The notes beneath the pieces were generated by a model that did no database searches, was not told the DNA's origin, and was given only the letters and a program-made list of their open reading frames with translations. This document shows, one piece after another, positions 52,175 through 64,000 of a stretch of DNA of 64,000 nucleotides. The position numbers and the translations under genes were made by a program. The DNA is from Bispira polyomma (lineage: Eukaryota), in assembly GCA_965649765.1 (NCBI GenBank), contig OZ287755.1, positions 7,626,001 to 7,690,000 of the forward strand, written 5' to 3'. Position 1 is the first letter of the stretch, and every line of letters begins with the position of its first letter.

Positions 52175-55100
52175 GTGTTAATGTTTAACAAGTAAAGAGG
52201 GATAAGTGTGTTACAATTGAACTTAGTGTACCGGTGTGGAGCAAAATAATGCATCCCCCCAAAAGTGTTTGGGGATACAAAATATGGCTAATTTTGTATC
52301 CCTTGCTATATATTATATTCTCTTGCAAAATAATGTATCCTCTGGAAAAATAAAAGTATTCTCTGACTATTTATATACATGTATGTATTTTGTAAGGTAA
52401 CCTATAAGCCCTTTTGGCTGAGCGCTATTATATATACCTTTTGTGATTTTTATTAATAAGGGATTCAATTAAGTGTGTCTAAAATTATTAATTTATGTTT
52501 ACCTTTTGTGATTTGTAAAATGAATGTGCATAGAACATTTTTAGTTCACAAAAAAATTTGTAATTGGATTAAACATGAACTTTGATTAGTAGGGTTTAAT
52601 TTAAGGCTTTAGTAACATAAACACACAAATGCGCGGCCGTAAATTATACTGCATTTACTAAAATGTTTTTACACTGAATACCTACTATGGCAGCCTTAAA
52701 ATAGGTCATTAGTGACCGTTTTAAGCATTTTTATGTGCAAATACCATTTGAAAATTTAACATTTCTTTGCAAAGTGATTAAAACAACCATTTAACGATTC
52801 TTGTATTGTGACGTCACACAATTTGAAATCTAAGGTAGAACGTCATATTTGTAAACAATTCTCGCAGAGAGACCTTTCTATTGTGACACAATACGAGGAT
52901 TGATCCAGCATATATAAAGACATTATATACACTATACAACTTTAGAATACATGTATATTATTTTGAATGAATCCATTATCCAATCTGTTTTCTTATTTTA
53001 TAAAAACAAAGAATACAAAACATCATTCTGTTTAGAAGAGTGTAACTTATCTAAAATTATCCCCGTTTTTGTGGTTTTATTGAAAAACGAATTCATTCAA
53101 AATAATGCTGAAGTCTTCCTTTTTCTAGTCATGTACAATACTTCAGTATTGATCCCTTCTTGGTATTTGAATTGTGTCACGTTTGTGAAGTATGTACTCG
53201 AAATTATTACCAATTTTAGATTAAATTTTACACACTGCTATCTGTATCTTATGTCTCAAAATTTGTTTTAAGGTGAGACATAAAATATATAAATTAGTAT
53301 ATAATTAAAATATATGTCATTCTTTATTATTTCTACTAATGAAAATGTAAATATGTTATCCATAAATTGAGTTTAAGGCCACAAAGGAAAAGTTGTGCAG
53401 TTTCTCAGAAGCTCAAGCACACATAACGTGGTTTAGCGGCGATCGTTTTTTGTGTTTACGTTACTAAACCCTTAAGTGTGATAGATTTGTTTAGGATGCT
53501 AGAGTGGCTTCGGCGCTGATAACTAGTACATCTTTTATTGTCTATGGGGATGGTGATATTTGTGGTTTCTTAACTGTTCTATAATTAGATAAAACATTGG
53601 CTTAGAATAGCAACAAGCCTATCATCAGTATATATTCTGAGTGAATATATTCCACTACATCTATTATTTAGTTAACTACTACTGAATAAATTTGTAGTCA
53701 ATTTAAGTCACAGTGAAAATAAACTGATTATTTTAAAAAGTAATAGCCAAAGATATGGCACAGTCACATTAGGGAATGGATATCTACAAGGTCGTTGTGG
53801 CTATTATCCAGGATTTATTGTCAATGTAATGCCATTTCTTGAAAATAACACTTAGTTTGCCAGCTACCAGCCAAATTTTGAACAGTTAAATGCACATGTC
53901 TGTAAGAAACAATATCTAGTGAGAATGAGTATGAAGTTTATATTAATATGTTATATCTATATGAATGAATACAAACACTATTTAGAGTGAAAATAGACTA
54001 ATTAACACAAAAGAATTACTTTGTTTTCTATGTCTAGTTCATTTACCTCACTCCATTGACAGAGGATGCTCTTTTTTGATGGGGATACACTATTTCAATG
54101 ATAAATTGTGTACCACTTAATACTCCTCTTGTTAGGATGCAAAATTTGGCAGATCAAAAAATGTATACCCCAAAAGATCAAAAGAGGAGAAACACTATTT
54201 TAGGGGACACATTAGACCATGATGCCATTCCACACATTCTCCAAACCCATAATGAAAATCAATAGAAAACACGCAGTGGGCTTTATAATTTTGTGTTAAT
54301 TTAATATGCACTCTTATAATATTATAAAACTTTATTGTTTATGTTTAATTGGTATATAAAAAACTATAAATAAAAGCCACTGGCATGTTTAAACTACAAA
54401 ATACTTGATCATTTAAGGCTAATTTAATGCACCTTTCCTGATTATAATGAATCATTTCGCCAATAATATCCATTTAATTGCTTTTAAATTATTCAATTTT
54501 TGTCTCTCAATACATTTACCTACACATGTTTCCTAGTGATGTTTACATATATTGAAATGAGCTGTTATAAAGACAGAATATTATAATCAGCCAATCAGGG
54601 AACTTTACCTAATATGGTTTCAATGAAGATAAAGTCGCCATATAAGTCAGTTTTTTTTATTTGATTGTCGAATCGATCTTGTCAAACAAACACAATAAAA
54701 TTTAATAAAATGATGATCATTTGATCAAATTTTGCCTCATGGTCATTGATATTATTCTGTTGAATTGCTTTGAAAATATTATACTTGGTGGAAGTGGCAC
54801 AAATTTATCACAACCATAATGAAATTATCAAAATGCGAAAGATTCTACCCTAAAATTAAATAAAAAAGCATTCGATAAGGTGCCAACTTTTATCTCTGAA
54901 GTGGTAACGTAATCTTTCACGAATAAATCAGCCTTTAGAAGTTTTGGTGGTTGAAAATATAAGATGGTTATATTAGGGTCAATACCAGTAACAGAACTGC
55001 TACAGTTTTTGAAAATTATGTTCAGAAATTGATCAAAATATAATATTTTACTGAGTGATAATAAAAGATTTTATCTTACCCATAGTAGATAGTTCTCTGT

Positions 55101-55388
55101 TTGTAATGAAGTCTGTCCACGTTTTGGTGGTGCATGCACAGTAACTTGCTTCCTTGTTAGAATATTGGTTGCTAGGAGGTTATATTTTGATTTTTGTCTG
55201 TTGGTTTATTCTCTCGGTCACTTTGAGATATGTGACAGCTAGCTAACTGTCACTGACTGCTTGTTTTTAAATATATGTTTTTATAAAATACAATATCTGG
55301 ATTATAAAATTTTGGATCATAAAGGTTATGCTGTGTATACAACACTATGCACTAAAGTATTTCTTGTTTTATTTGCCGCTTATTACAG

Positions 55389-55569
55389 ACGTTGTTTACA
55401 AGGTCAAGCGTCAGAGTAAGAACCCTTACCGTCCAGAGATGAGATCTGTGGACAAGGACACACACAGGAAGGTTCTGGATCTAGTGACAGAGTGCTGGGA
55501 GGAAGACCCCAAATATAGGCCAGACTTTCACTTTGTGAAGAAACGGCTCACACAGCTCAACAGGGGCAA
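55389..55569 (+). CDS. rGC exon 15 (DVVYKVKRQSKNPYRP...CWEEDPKYRPDF...NRG)
   Basis: ttacag/gtaagt. CWxEDPxxRP motif. Phase 1 to 2. Confidence 0.95.
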
Positions 55570-56357
55570 GTAAGTCTAGGGCCGTCTAGAAATTGTCTTA
55601 AATCTAGCACACAGCTGGACAGGGGTGAGTAAGTCAGAGGTCGGCCACACGTTGTCCTAAATCTAGCACACAGCTCAGCAGGGGCAAGTAAGTCAGAGGT
55701 CGGCTACACGTTGTCCTAAATCTAGCACACAGCTGGACAGGGGCAAGTAAGTCAGAGGTCGGCTACACGTTGTCCTAAATCTAGCACACAGCTGGACAGG
55801 GGCAAGTAAGTCAGAGGTCGGCTACACGTTGTCCTAAATCTAGCACACAGCTGGACAGGGGCAAGTAAGTCAGAGGTCGGCTACACGTTGTCCTAAATCT
55901 AGCACACAGCTCAACAGGAGCAAGTAAGTCAAGGGCTGTCTAGACATTGTCCTAAATCTAGCACACAGCTGAACAGGGGCAAGTAAGTCAAAGGTCGGCT
56001 ACACGTTGTCCTAATTCTAGCACACAACTCAGTGGGGCAAGTAAGTCAGGTTTCATCTAGACATTGTCCTTAATCTAGCAAGTAAGTCAAGGGCCGTCTA
56101 CACCTTGTCCTTAATCTAGCACACAGCTGAACAGGGGCAAGTAACTCAAGGGCTAGACGTCTAGACATTGTCCTAAATCTAGCACACACCTCAGTGGGGC
56201 AAGTAAATCAGGTTTCATCTAGACATTGTCCTTAATCTAGCAAGTAAATCAAGGGCTGGACGTCTAGACATTGTCCTAAATATAGCACACAGCTCAACAG
56301 GGCAAGTATTTTAGGGGCTGTCTAGACATTGTCCTAAATCTAGCACACAGCTCAACA
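55549..56357 (+). repeat. 59-bp tandem repeat of the exon 15 3' end plus donor (about 14 units)
   Basis: cacacagctcaacaggggcaa|gtaagtc repeats with donors at 55570, 55629, 55688, 55747, 55806, 55865, 55924, 55983 and further on. Confidence 0.95.
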
Positions 56358-56801
56358 CAACTCATAGCTTGGTATTGCCTATATCTCACATATTACTCTC
56401 AGCAAGTCAATTCCGGACGCAGTAATCTTAACAAATTTTTCTCAATGCGATCGCCTCATACACAGATCAAAGTTCCATTTCAAACATAGTTTCTCATACT
56501 CTGCATCCAAGTTATGGAGCAACCTAACACAAGATATTAGATGTTGACCTTCTCGTTCAACCTTTAGAAGCAAGACCTTTTTTTTATCAAAAAGCCTATG
56601 CCACCTAACGCAGTTTTACCATCACCCAACCCACTTCCTCTGGAAAGAACCATTTTTTTTCTTTGGTTTACCACAACACAACTACTGAGTAATGATTTGG
56701 GTTGTTGCACCCTTAAAACATGCTAGTATGGTAGCACGATTACATAATTGATTTAGATTAGATTAGATTCTTAGATTAGATGTTTGTCCTCCACTTTGTA
56801 G

Positions 56802-56942
56802 GAAAGTGAACATTTTGGACACTATGTTGAACAAGCTGGAACAATACGCGAACAACCTGGAGTCCATAGTGGAGAAACGGACCTCTGAGTTGTCTGCAGA
56901 GAAAGAGAAGACAGACATGTTATTGTACAGGATGCTTCCTGA
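56802..56942 (+). CDS. rGC exon 16, coiled coil/hinge ([27 protein letters not shown]...LLYRMLP)
   Basis: ttgtag/gtaagt. EQYANNLE motif. Phase 2 to 2. Confidence 0.96.
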
Positions 56943-58072
56943 GTAAGTATAAACAATCCCCTTCCTGCATTGGTTGTGTTACATACAACATAAAACACCT
57001 CTGCTTAAAATATTGCACTGGCTGCCTGCCTGAGTTCTGAGTTAAATTCAAGGTAAATATCCTCATTTATGCTGTCTGTCAGCAGTTTTACTAGAGGAAG
57101 TCGTCCGCCTACCTCTGGCTTCTTACCGCCAAAATTGGCTGATTCAAAATCATTCATAGTTGCATCACCTGCTGTGTGGAATAGCTTTTCTACTAGCATT
57201 TGCACTCAGACAAAGATGACAGGCTTCTGGAAAAAAGCTCAAAGAGGGTCAATCAAGAACATGAAACTTTTTGCTAGTTTTAGCAATATAGCACACTAAC
57301 TATTTGTGATTGTTGACATACACAGGTACACTGATATAAACCCAATACTTATGATGAACATTCAGATAAAGTCAAATTTGAATTTGGTCCAAAGGGCAAG
57401 TTTCCTCCAGTTATCCTGCATTGGACTTATTCACGATGCACTAAATTCATGGCATACGTCCTAGTGGCAGTTATTGTTTACATATTTTAGTTTATATAAA
57501 GTAAATTTTGGTATTTGTTGGTGTTATGTTTTATAGGCATGGAATGAGTCTTTTTTATTGTAGTCACTTTGGTCTGCTTAAAAGTTGACCAATTAGCCTA
57601 TTCACCTCCACAAGGTACACATATTCCCTGTATAGTACCTGATTTAAACAACTTGAGGGCCTCGGTTGGTGGAGTGGTGTCAAACTCGCCCCTCACCTCT
57701 AAGTTATGGGTTCTAATATCAGCGACTTTGTATATATTTGGTATAGTTGGGCAGTAGACTTGGTGTTAGGCTGTGACTTTGTATCGATTTTGATTTGATT
57801 TGGGTTAAACGTCACATTCAACACATTGTTCAGGTCATATGATAGCGGGCAGTTTCAATGTTACCCAGTCAAGATTCTACACTGTAAACTAGCGACCATC
57901 GGCAAATAACTGCAAACATTCCCACTAAAAGCCCTGGCCAAGATTCAAACCGGGATCATAGAAGTGAGAGGGTTTGTAGAGCAGAAAAACATTGACCAAC
58001 GACACTTTGCTCTGATTGCTTTCACCAATGATACATGACACACAAAATGTGTTGAAGCTGACTTTATTACAG

Positions 58073-58196
58073 GACAGTGGCAGACAAGCTAAAACTTGGT
58101 CACAGCGTGTCACCTGAGGTCTACGAAAGTGTCACCGTGTTCTTTTCTGACGTGGTGGGATTTACTGAACTGTCCTCACTCAGTACACCAATGGAG
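58073..58196 (+). CDS. rGC exon 17, cyclase domain (TVADKLKLGHSVSPEVYESVTVFFSDVVGFTELSSLSTPME)
   Basis: ttacag/gtgagt. FSDxVGFT metal-binding Asp. Phase 2 to 0. Confidence 0.96.
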
Positions 58197-58916
58197 GTGA
58201 GTGATGAGACATGTTTTGAGATATTTGAGACAAACTGAGACATGTTGGACAAAAAAGTCCCCATAACAAATCCCCATATTTCTGACTAGAGTTTGACTAG
58301 AGTAAAATCTGACTTTATATTTGAATTCAGTGCGATTTCTACACGTAGCTTTTATATGAGTTGAGTCTGAGTTTTAAGCTTGAGTTTTTTTGGAGAATAC
58401 ACACCCTGACTTTTTAGTACAACCAATGCACATATAATATGCAATGTAATGTAAAGCTCCACTCTGGCACATTACTATGGTAACACTAGAATATATTATG
58501 TATTGTAATGTACACATATAGGGGGGTATTTACTTGTATAGAGCTTTACAATGTTGTCATATATATGAAATTTACCTTTTTGTAAAACCTACCAAGAGTG
58601 GTTGATCCAGAGCTTCCTCAATGATTGCCACCATATTATGGAAATATGTCCCTGTTGAGCCTAAATCACAAGAAACACTTTCTGAGTTTTGGAAAAAATC
58701 TAAAGACCTGTCTCTTATAACTCACTTATCGTCCCTAAACTACCTCTCTGTACATTCCCGCATCTTTGATACTTCATTGGTTAATTGATTATGTTGTTGC
58801 ACTTTAGAAGATGCCTCGCACCAATCAATAAGGCAAGTTAAAATGTAAAATACAATTACAAAATGCAATGATACCAGTTATTACAAAGTAATGGAATACA
58901 CTATTTCTTCCCGCAG

Positions 58917-58985
58917 ATTGTGGACTTCCTCAATGACCTCTACACCATGTTTGATGACATCATAATGACCTACGATGTCTACAAG
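58917..58985 (+). CDS. rGC exon 18 (IVDFLNDLYTMFDDIIMTYDVYK)
   Basis: ccgcag/gtaagc. LNDLYTxFD..DVYK motif. Phase 0 to 0. Confidence 0.96.
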
Positions 58986-59019
58986 GTAAGCTACTGTTTT
59001 AATAACCTTACATGGTAAT

Positions 59020-59306
59020 CCTTTCAACCCAAAGATAAATCTATTGCTGGGAACTGAGGGAAAATTTTCGAGTAATGGGTTACAGATAGCTGTAGTCACT
59101 AAAACACACACCACAGACTACTTCCGTCATTTAATAAAGGTCTCACGTATAATTATTATACATAAAGAAGTCTGCTTTACTTACAATTTCCTACTGCAAT
59201 GAACTGATGGAAAATTTTGGTGTGTGGACTGCTTGCCGACAGACCATAGGTTCGGGGAGTAAACATTGCTATCGACTGCTAGCCCACAACATAGGGGTTG
59301 AAAGGG
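59020..59306. mobile_element. piggyBac-like MITE
   Basis: Ends cctttcaaccc and gggttgaaaggg|ttaa. Internal motifs (caataggaaatt, gtggtgtgtgttttagtga) recur at about 6340-6450, 42950-43060, 59480-59610 and 62220-62330. Confidence 0.5.
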
Positions 59307-59800
59307 TTAACATGGTAATTTAAGTATTGTAGTTTTTGGTGTCTCAAAAATATCACTAAAAGTACATTTTCTTCAGGTTTTTACTTTTGACTGAGTAGTG
59401 CTAGGAAATTAGTTATAGTAGATAAGATTAATTTTAAATCTGCAGACATACCTGGATCTATTTAATTTGCTGGCACTATTAACCCTTTTAAGCGCTAGGT
59501 TGGCGTTTGTCACAATAGGAAATTATTGCTACAGTAGAAACCCCTGTTAAAAATATATACGTAAAACAAATATTGAATGCCGCAAATGGTTTGTTGTGTG
59601 TGTCTTAGTCACACCAAAAATTAATTTCTTTGATTCTTTAGAGAATCTAATTTTGCTTTTGTTGTGATTACTTACTATTGCTGATGTCTTGTTTAATGAC
59701 CAATATCTGGGTTGATTTTCTGGTGGTATCCCTTAAATTACAATGGTTTTGGAAAAAAGCAGCTTTGTGTCCTAAGTAGAAAAAGTCAAACTAGACTTAA

Positions 59801-60113
59801 AAATATGCTTGATTTTTCGTAGACAATAATAAATGGCATATTTATACTTCTTAATCCATTAGCTGTGAACATTTTAAACAATTCAATATTTATTTATATT
59901 TAAGCTCATTCAGCAAGTTTGTACTTAATGTATTATTAATACTGGCTAGCACTGAAATATGCTTGATTTTTCGTAAACAATAATAAATGGCATATTTATA
60001 CTTCTTAATCCATTAGCTATGAACATTTTAAACAATTCAATATTTATTTATGTTTAAGCTCATTCAGCAAGTTTGTACTTAATGTATTATTAATACTGGC
60101 TAGCACTGAAATA
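59801..60113. repeat. Tandem duplication, 2 x about 154 bp, just upstream of the exon 19 acceptor
   Basis: aaatatgcttgatttttcgta starts at about 59801 and 59955. Confidence 0.9.
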
Positions 60114-60138
60114 TACCAGTGTACATTGGTATTTGCAG

Positions 60139-60328
60139 GTGGAGACAATTGGTGATGCCTACATGGTCGTCAGCGGTCTACCTAAACGTAACGGTGATTC
60201 TCACTCGGTGGAGATTGCCAACATGTCCCTGGAGATTACAGACAAGTGTAGCAAGTTTCGGGTGAGGCATGTACCCGACCGGCCCCTCCGGATACGGATT
60301 GGCTTACACACTGGACCCTGTGCCGCGG
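60139..60328 (+). CDS. rGC exon 19 ([15 protein letters not shown]...[11 protein letters not shown])
   Basis: ttgcag/gtgaga. Contains the guanine-specifying Glu of VETIGD. Phase 0 to 1. Confidence 0.97.
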
Positions 60329-61668
60329 GTGAGACAGAGAGAGGAGTCCCTAAATAATGATTATTGTAATATCCGCGTATATCAGCACATAAAACACTCA
60401 AAGACTTCCAGGGTCTCAGCTGTTAAGTGTGTCACTATTAATCTGAAGATCCACGGATCAAATCCAATTAGAAGCAAGTTTTTTTTTTAAATTTTGCATG
60501 TTTAAGATGCCTCAAGATATCCGCCCTCTTAAAGCGAGTTGCATAGTAGTATCATGATGTAGTAGTATAAGACCTGAGGACAGGTTTTTGTGGAGCAAAG
60601 GCATGTAATATATTAGTGTATATCAGCACATTAAACACTCAGGCTTCCAGAGTCTCCCCTTTAGCTCCACTGTTAAGCGTGTAACTATTAATCTGAAGAT
60701 CTGCAAGATCCACGGATTGAGTCACAAACTTACAATATCAGCTATTTACTGATATTAAGGATATGATCACATGGCCGCTTTACTAATGGTTGAATGGTTA
60801 GAACACTTTTACCTATAAAGTATAAATAATAATATTATCCGGACATTTTTATGTCATCCTATTCATTTTAAACAAAGTTAAGTTTTTACACTTTCAAATG
60901 CCAAATTTCAGAAAGTGGAATATAGGTCAGTGGTGCACACTAAAATCACTAAACGTCTGAAGCTTAACAAATTCTCAGCAGAGTATAAATATTTTCAGTC
61001 CCAAATAGCATTTTGAATACTATTGATATTTCAAAAACTAAATTTGGGTGAATAATAGATTATAGGTTGATCATCACCTGGATAATTAGGTAATTAATTG
61101 ACTCAGTATCATAACACCCCACAATAACATATATATATATATATATGTATACCAGAATTGATCACCTAAAATTTTGGCTTCTTAGGCATTTCTTTGGATT
61201 GAAATCTCTTTGAAATTAGTTGGATTTTCATGTCGCTTTTGACAGCTTAGGCCATATCACGATTGCCAGATTTATTACTAGAAGAAACCAGTGTGGAAGC
61301 CACTGTAACCCAGCGACCTATGGCAAGTACCTGACAAACTTCCCACAAGAAGGTACGAATGTGGATTCAAACCGACATTGGTGTGAGACCACTGACTATT
61401 AGCAAGCGCTTGTAACCACAAGCAACCATAGCTCCTATGTATTTCTTTTATGGTATTCACATGCATACAAGTTTGTATATCAGTACAGATTGCATTACAA
61501 GTGAAAAAAGCAATATTCGCAGAATGACTGATTGTTTTTGTGGCTGACTGCATTATATGGAATTTAATGAAAGTACTGGTGTAGTACGATACACATAAGC
61601 TTCCTAGTATTCCTGACTTCATCAAAATTCTATTTAGAAATAAAAAGTTATTAAACTAATTTAAAGTA

Positions 61669-61775
61669 CTGGGCCCGTATTCACGAAGGGACTTTCGCCA
61701 GGTTTAAATTTAGCACAAAAGTACACTGATTTAAGCCTAAAACTTTGCTAAGTCTCTTTGTGAATCCGGGCCTTG
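61669..61775. mobile_element. Palindromic MITE, same family as 52062-52174
   Basis: ctgggcccgtattcacgaa...ttgtgaatccgggccttg. Confidence 0.8.
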
Positions 61776-61961
61776 GTGACAATGTGTACTGGTACATACT
61801 GTGTTGGGGTATTATTAAGATTAACACCCAAACATTTTAAAGGGCTACATAAAGAGTTTTGTAATAGACTGACCTGAAGGCTGCTAACAACATTTCATGC
61901 TTGCAAATATGGACAAAATTTCTTACCATGCTATTGAATGTTTTAAATCTATTTTCCCCAG

Positions 61962-62045
61962 GTGTGGTAGGGTCAACTATGCCCAGGTACTGTCTGTTTG
62001 GTGATACCGTCAACATGGCATCCAGAATGGAATCCAATGGTGAAG
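61962..62045 (+). CDS. rGC exon 20 ([28 protein letters not shown])
   Basis: ccccag/gtaggt. GC-specific Cys plus catalytic Asn/Arg. Phase 1 to 1. Confidence 0.97.
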
Positions 62046-63137
62046 GTAGGTGTATTTTATTATCGGTGCTGCAACATGTTTATGGTGATATAGGAACCAG
62101 CCTCTGTATAGCATACTGCTTACACAGCCGAGTTTAAACCTTACGGCAAGTAGTGGACAGCATTCATTACTCCCAGAACCTATGTCTGTCAGCAAGTAAT
62201 CAATACCCCAAAAATATTTTATTCTCGCAATAGGAAATTATTAGTGGAGCAGTCTCCTTGTTTAACCAAATAATACGTTAGGCTCTTATTCAATCCCGAA
62301 AAAAAGTCTGTGGTTTGTGTTTTAGTGACTCATCACCTGAATAATTTCCTTTGCTTCCAGCAAGACATTTCACTCGGGTTAAAATGGGGTTATTGCCAAG
62401 ATAACTTGACAAATCTCCTTTTTCAGTAATTCTCCCACTTTACCCAGCTCTGAATAGATTTAAACAAACTCTGGCCAACTACATCGCAGCAGGGATGTTG
62501 AAAGCTCTGTTTTTTTCTTGTTGTCTTGTAATAGAGTGAAATCTCTGTTGTACAAATACCTTGGGAGAAGCGATAATATGTTTAGGAAATAGAATGTTTA
62601 TCACACAGAAGATAGTATTTTAGTAAAAAAACAATGAGTTTAATATACACCCGGGAGAGTGATATTTAGTTTGATTGAGGTAAAACCGAGTTTTTGGACA
62701 ATCATAGTTTGGATAATAGAGGTACAACTTGGTATATCTTTGGGAAATATATTGGTTGTAAATAAGGGCTGGATGTAAAGCTGCCCCCATGTTATGAAAT
62801 ATTCTCCCAGTTAAGTTTAAAGCCTGTCTTTTTAAACTTGATTTTATCCTCCTTAGTTACCTCCCTGTACACCCCCCATATTCTTGCTTACGACCTGACT
62901 GTGTGTTTTTTGGGCTTCTCGACTCTGTTAATTGATTCTGTTTTTTGCACTCCAGAAGATATCTCTCACCACAAAGGCACATTTAAAATGCAATGCAATA
63001 AAAAATACAATAGCCTTTAGTATGGGTGAATAGTTGTAAAATGTTAAGTATTTTCTTTTAATTGTGAGCACTCCATGAAGAGGTTGTCCGCTCTAACCAG
63101 TGCCTTTGATAAATTTTTATGGTGTACTTTTTTTCAG

Positions 63138-63229
63138 CTATGAAGATCCATATCAGTGAAACATCCTTTCAGGCCTTAAGACTGATGAATGTCTATAGAT
63201 TTAGTAAGCGGGGGACCATCGAAGTGAAG
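63138..63229 (+). CDS. rGC exon 21 (AMKIHISETSFQALRLMNVYRFSKRGTIEVK)
   Basis: ttttcag/gtaaga. KIHIS..RG.IEVK motif. The final GKG exon was not found before 64000. Confidence 0.94.
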
Positions 63230-64000
63230 GTAAGAAAATTGACAAAAATTATGCAGGTTGTATAGCTGCTACTTATGGAGGTTGTATAGCTGCAACTGTT
63301 GCCTAGTGGGCAACAAACATGCTTACAAACACAGAGGGCCTGGGTTTGATCCAAGCCGGGGACGACCAGGTACAATCAGATTCATAGTGACTGGGAATTG
63401 TATCTGTATTTAGTAAGGTTTTAAGTCACTTTTTGAACAACTTTAGTCATATATTGCCAGATTCAAACAATAGAATAAGCCATTGTGGAAGCACTGTGAA
63501 CCACAGACCGACAGCAAGTACCTTCAAAAACGTCCCCGCATAAAGGATTATTAGCAAGTGCTTCTAACCACTAGGCCACCAATGCCCCTGCATGGGCCAT
63601 CCCCATTCACAATGGGAGTGTTTTGTGTGACTTGGTCCAAGTCCTAATAGTTGGCTAACAACTTTAAGTAAGGTTTCCAACTTTCCCACTTAAAGCCCCG
63701 GTCGGGATTCAAACCGGGACTATAGAGGTGGGAGGTGAGTGTCTTAGCACTGCGCCACCGAGGTCCCTTAAGTGCTGGTTGAAGACAGAAGAATGAGAAT
63801 GACTGGATTTATGTGAATTCCACCCCTAGGTTCGTCAGTCTGTTTCACTGGAGATTGGACCCCAAAATAACCAGAGCACTGTAATGTGGTCAAATGATCA
63901 TCTTCTTGTACCTTATTACCACCAGTCTGGGATTGTATAAATGTCGTCGGTGCTTACAGTTACAGAGTTACCCACTAGACCACAGTGGTCTTAGCACACC

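Larger units (their letters stand above)
3550..63229 (+). other. Gene span (partial at both ends): receptor-type (transmembrane) guanylyl cyclase, natriuretic peptide receptor-like, 21 exons traced
   Basis: The exons below join in phase into about 974 codons with no stop. Domain order is ANF-receptor ectodomain, PPPDVPLCGFRGDEC juxtamembrane motif, TM, kinase-homology domain, coiled coil, cyclase ([39 protein letters not shown]). Orthology cannot be fixed without a phylogeny. Confidence 0.96.

Noticed and set aside
52230-54226. Possible 2-kb DNA transposon with ggatac/gtatcc subterminal repeats
   Set aside because: The ends are too degenerate to define TIRs or a TSD, and there is no transposase remnant.
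14898-56357. Hammerhead ribozyme or retrozyme cores in the tandem repeats
   Set aside because: No CTGANGA...GAAA core with flanking stems was seen in the repeat units by eye. A covariance-model scan would be the definitive test.

Overview
AT-rich eukaryotic (metazoan) genomic DNA. The SINE types suggest a lophotrochozoan, probably a mollusc, but this is inference. Almost the whole window is one + strand multi-exon gene for a transmembrane receptor guanylyl cyclase (natriuretic peptide receptor / GC-family). I traced 21 phase-compatible GT-AG exons from 3550 to 63229 (2923 nt, about 974 codons). They cover the extracellular ANF-receptor domain, TM helix, kinase-homology domain, coiled coil and GTP-specific cyclase domain. 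The first and last coding exons were not found in the window. Exon numbers used here are window-relative. The intron between the last extracellular exon and the TM exon holds a degenerate 6.4 kb Ngaro/DIRS-type tyrosine-recombinase retrotransposon (gag, RT/RNase H, YR, direct repeats at the 3' end). Other introns contain at least 7 copies of a young tRNA-derived SINE, older SINEs, L2/CR1-type LINE fragments, MITEs or foldback elements, and minisatellites. The most striking pattern is that 8 of the 21 exons are shadowed by local duplicates of their own ends, mostly including the splice site (exon echoes). One 170-N assembly gap lies at 31912-32081.
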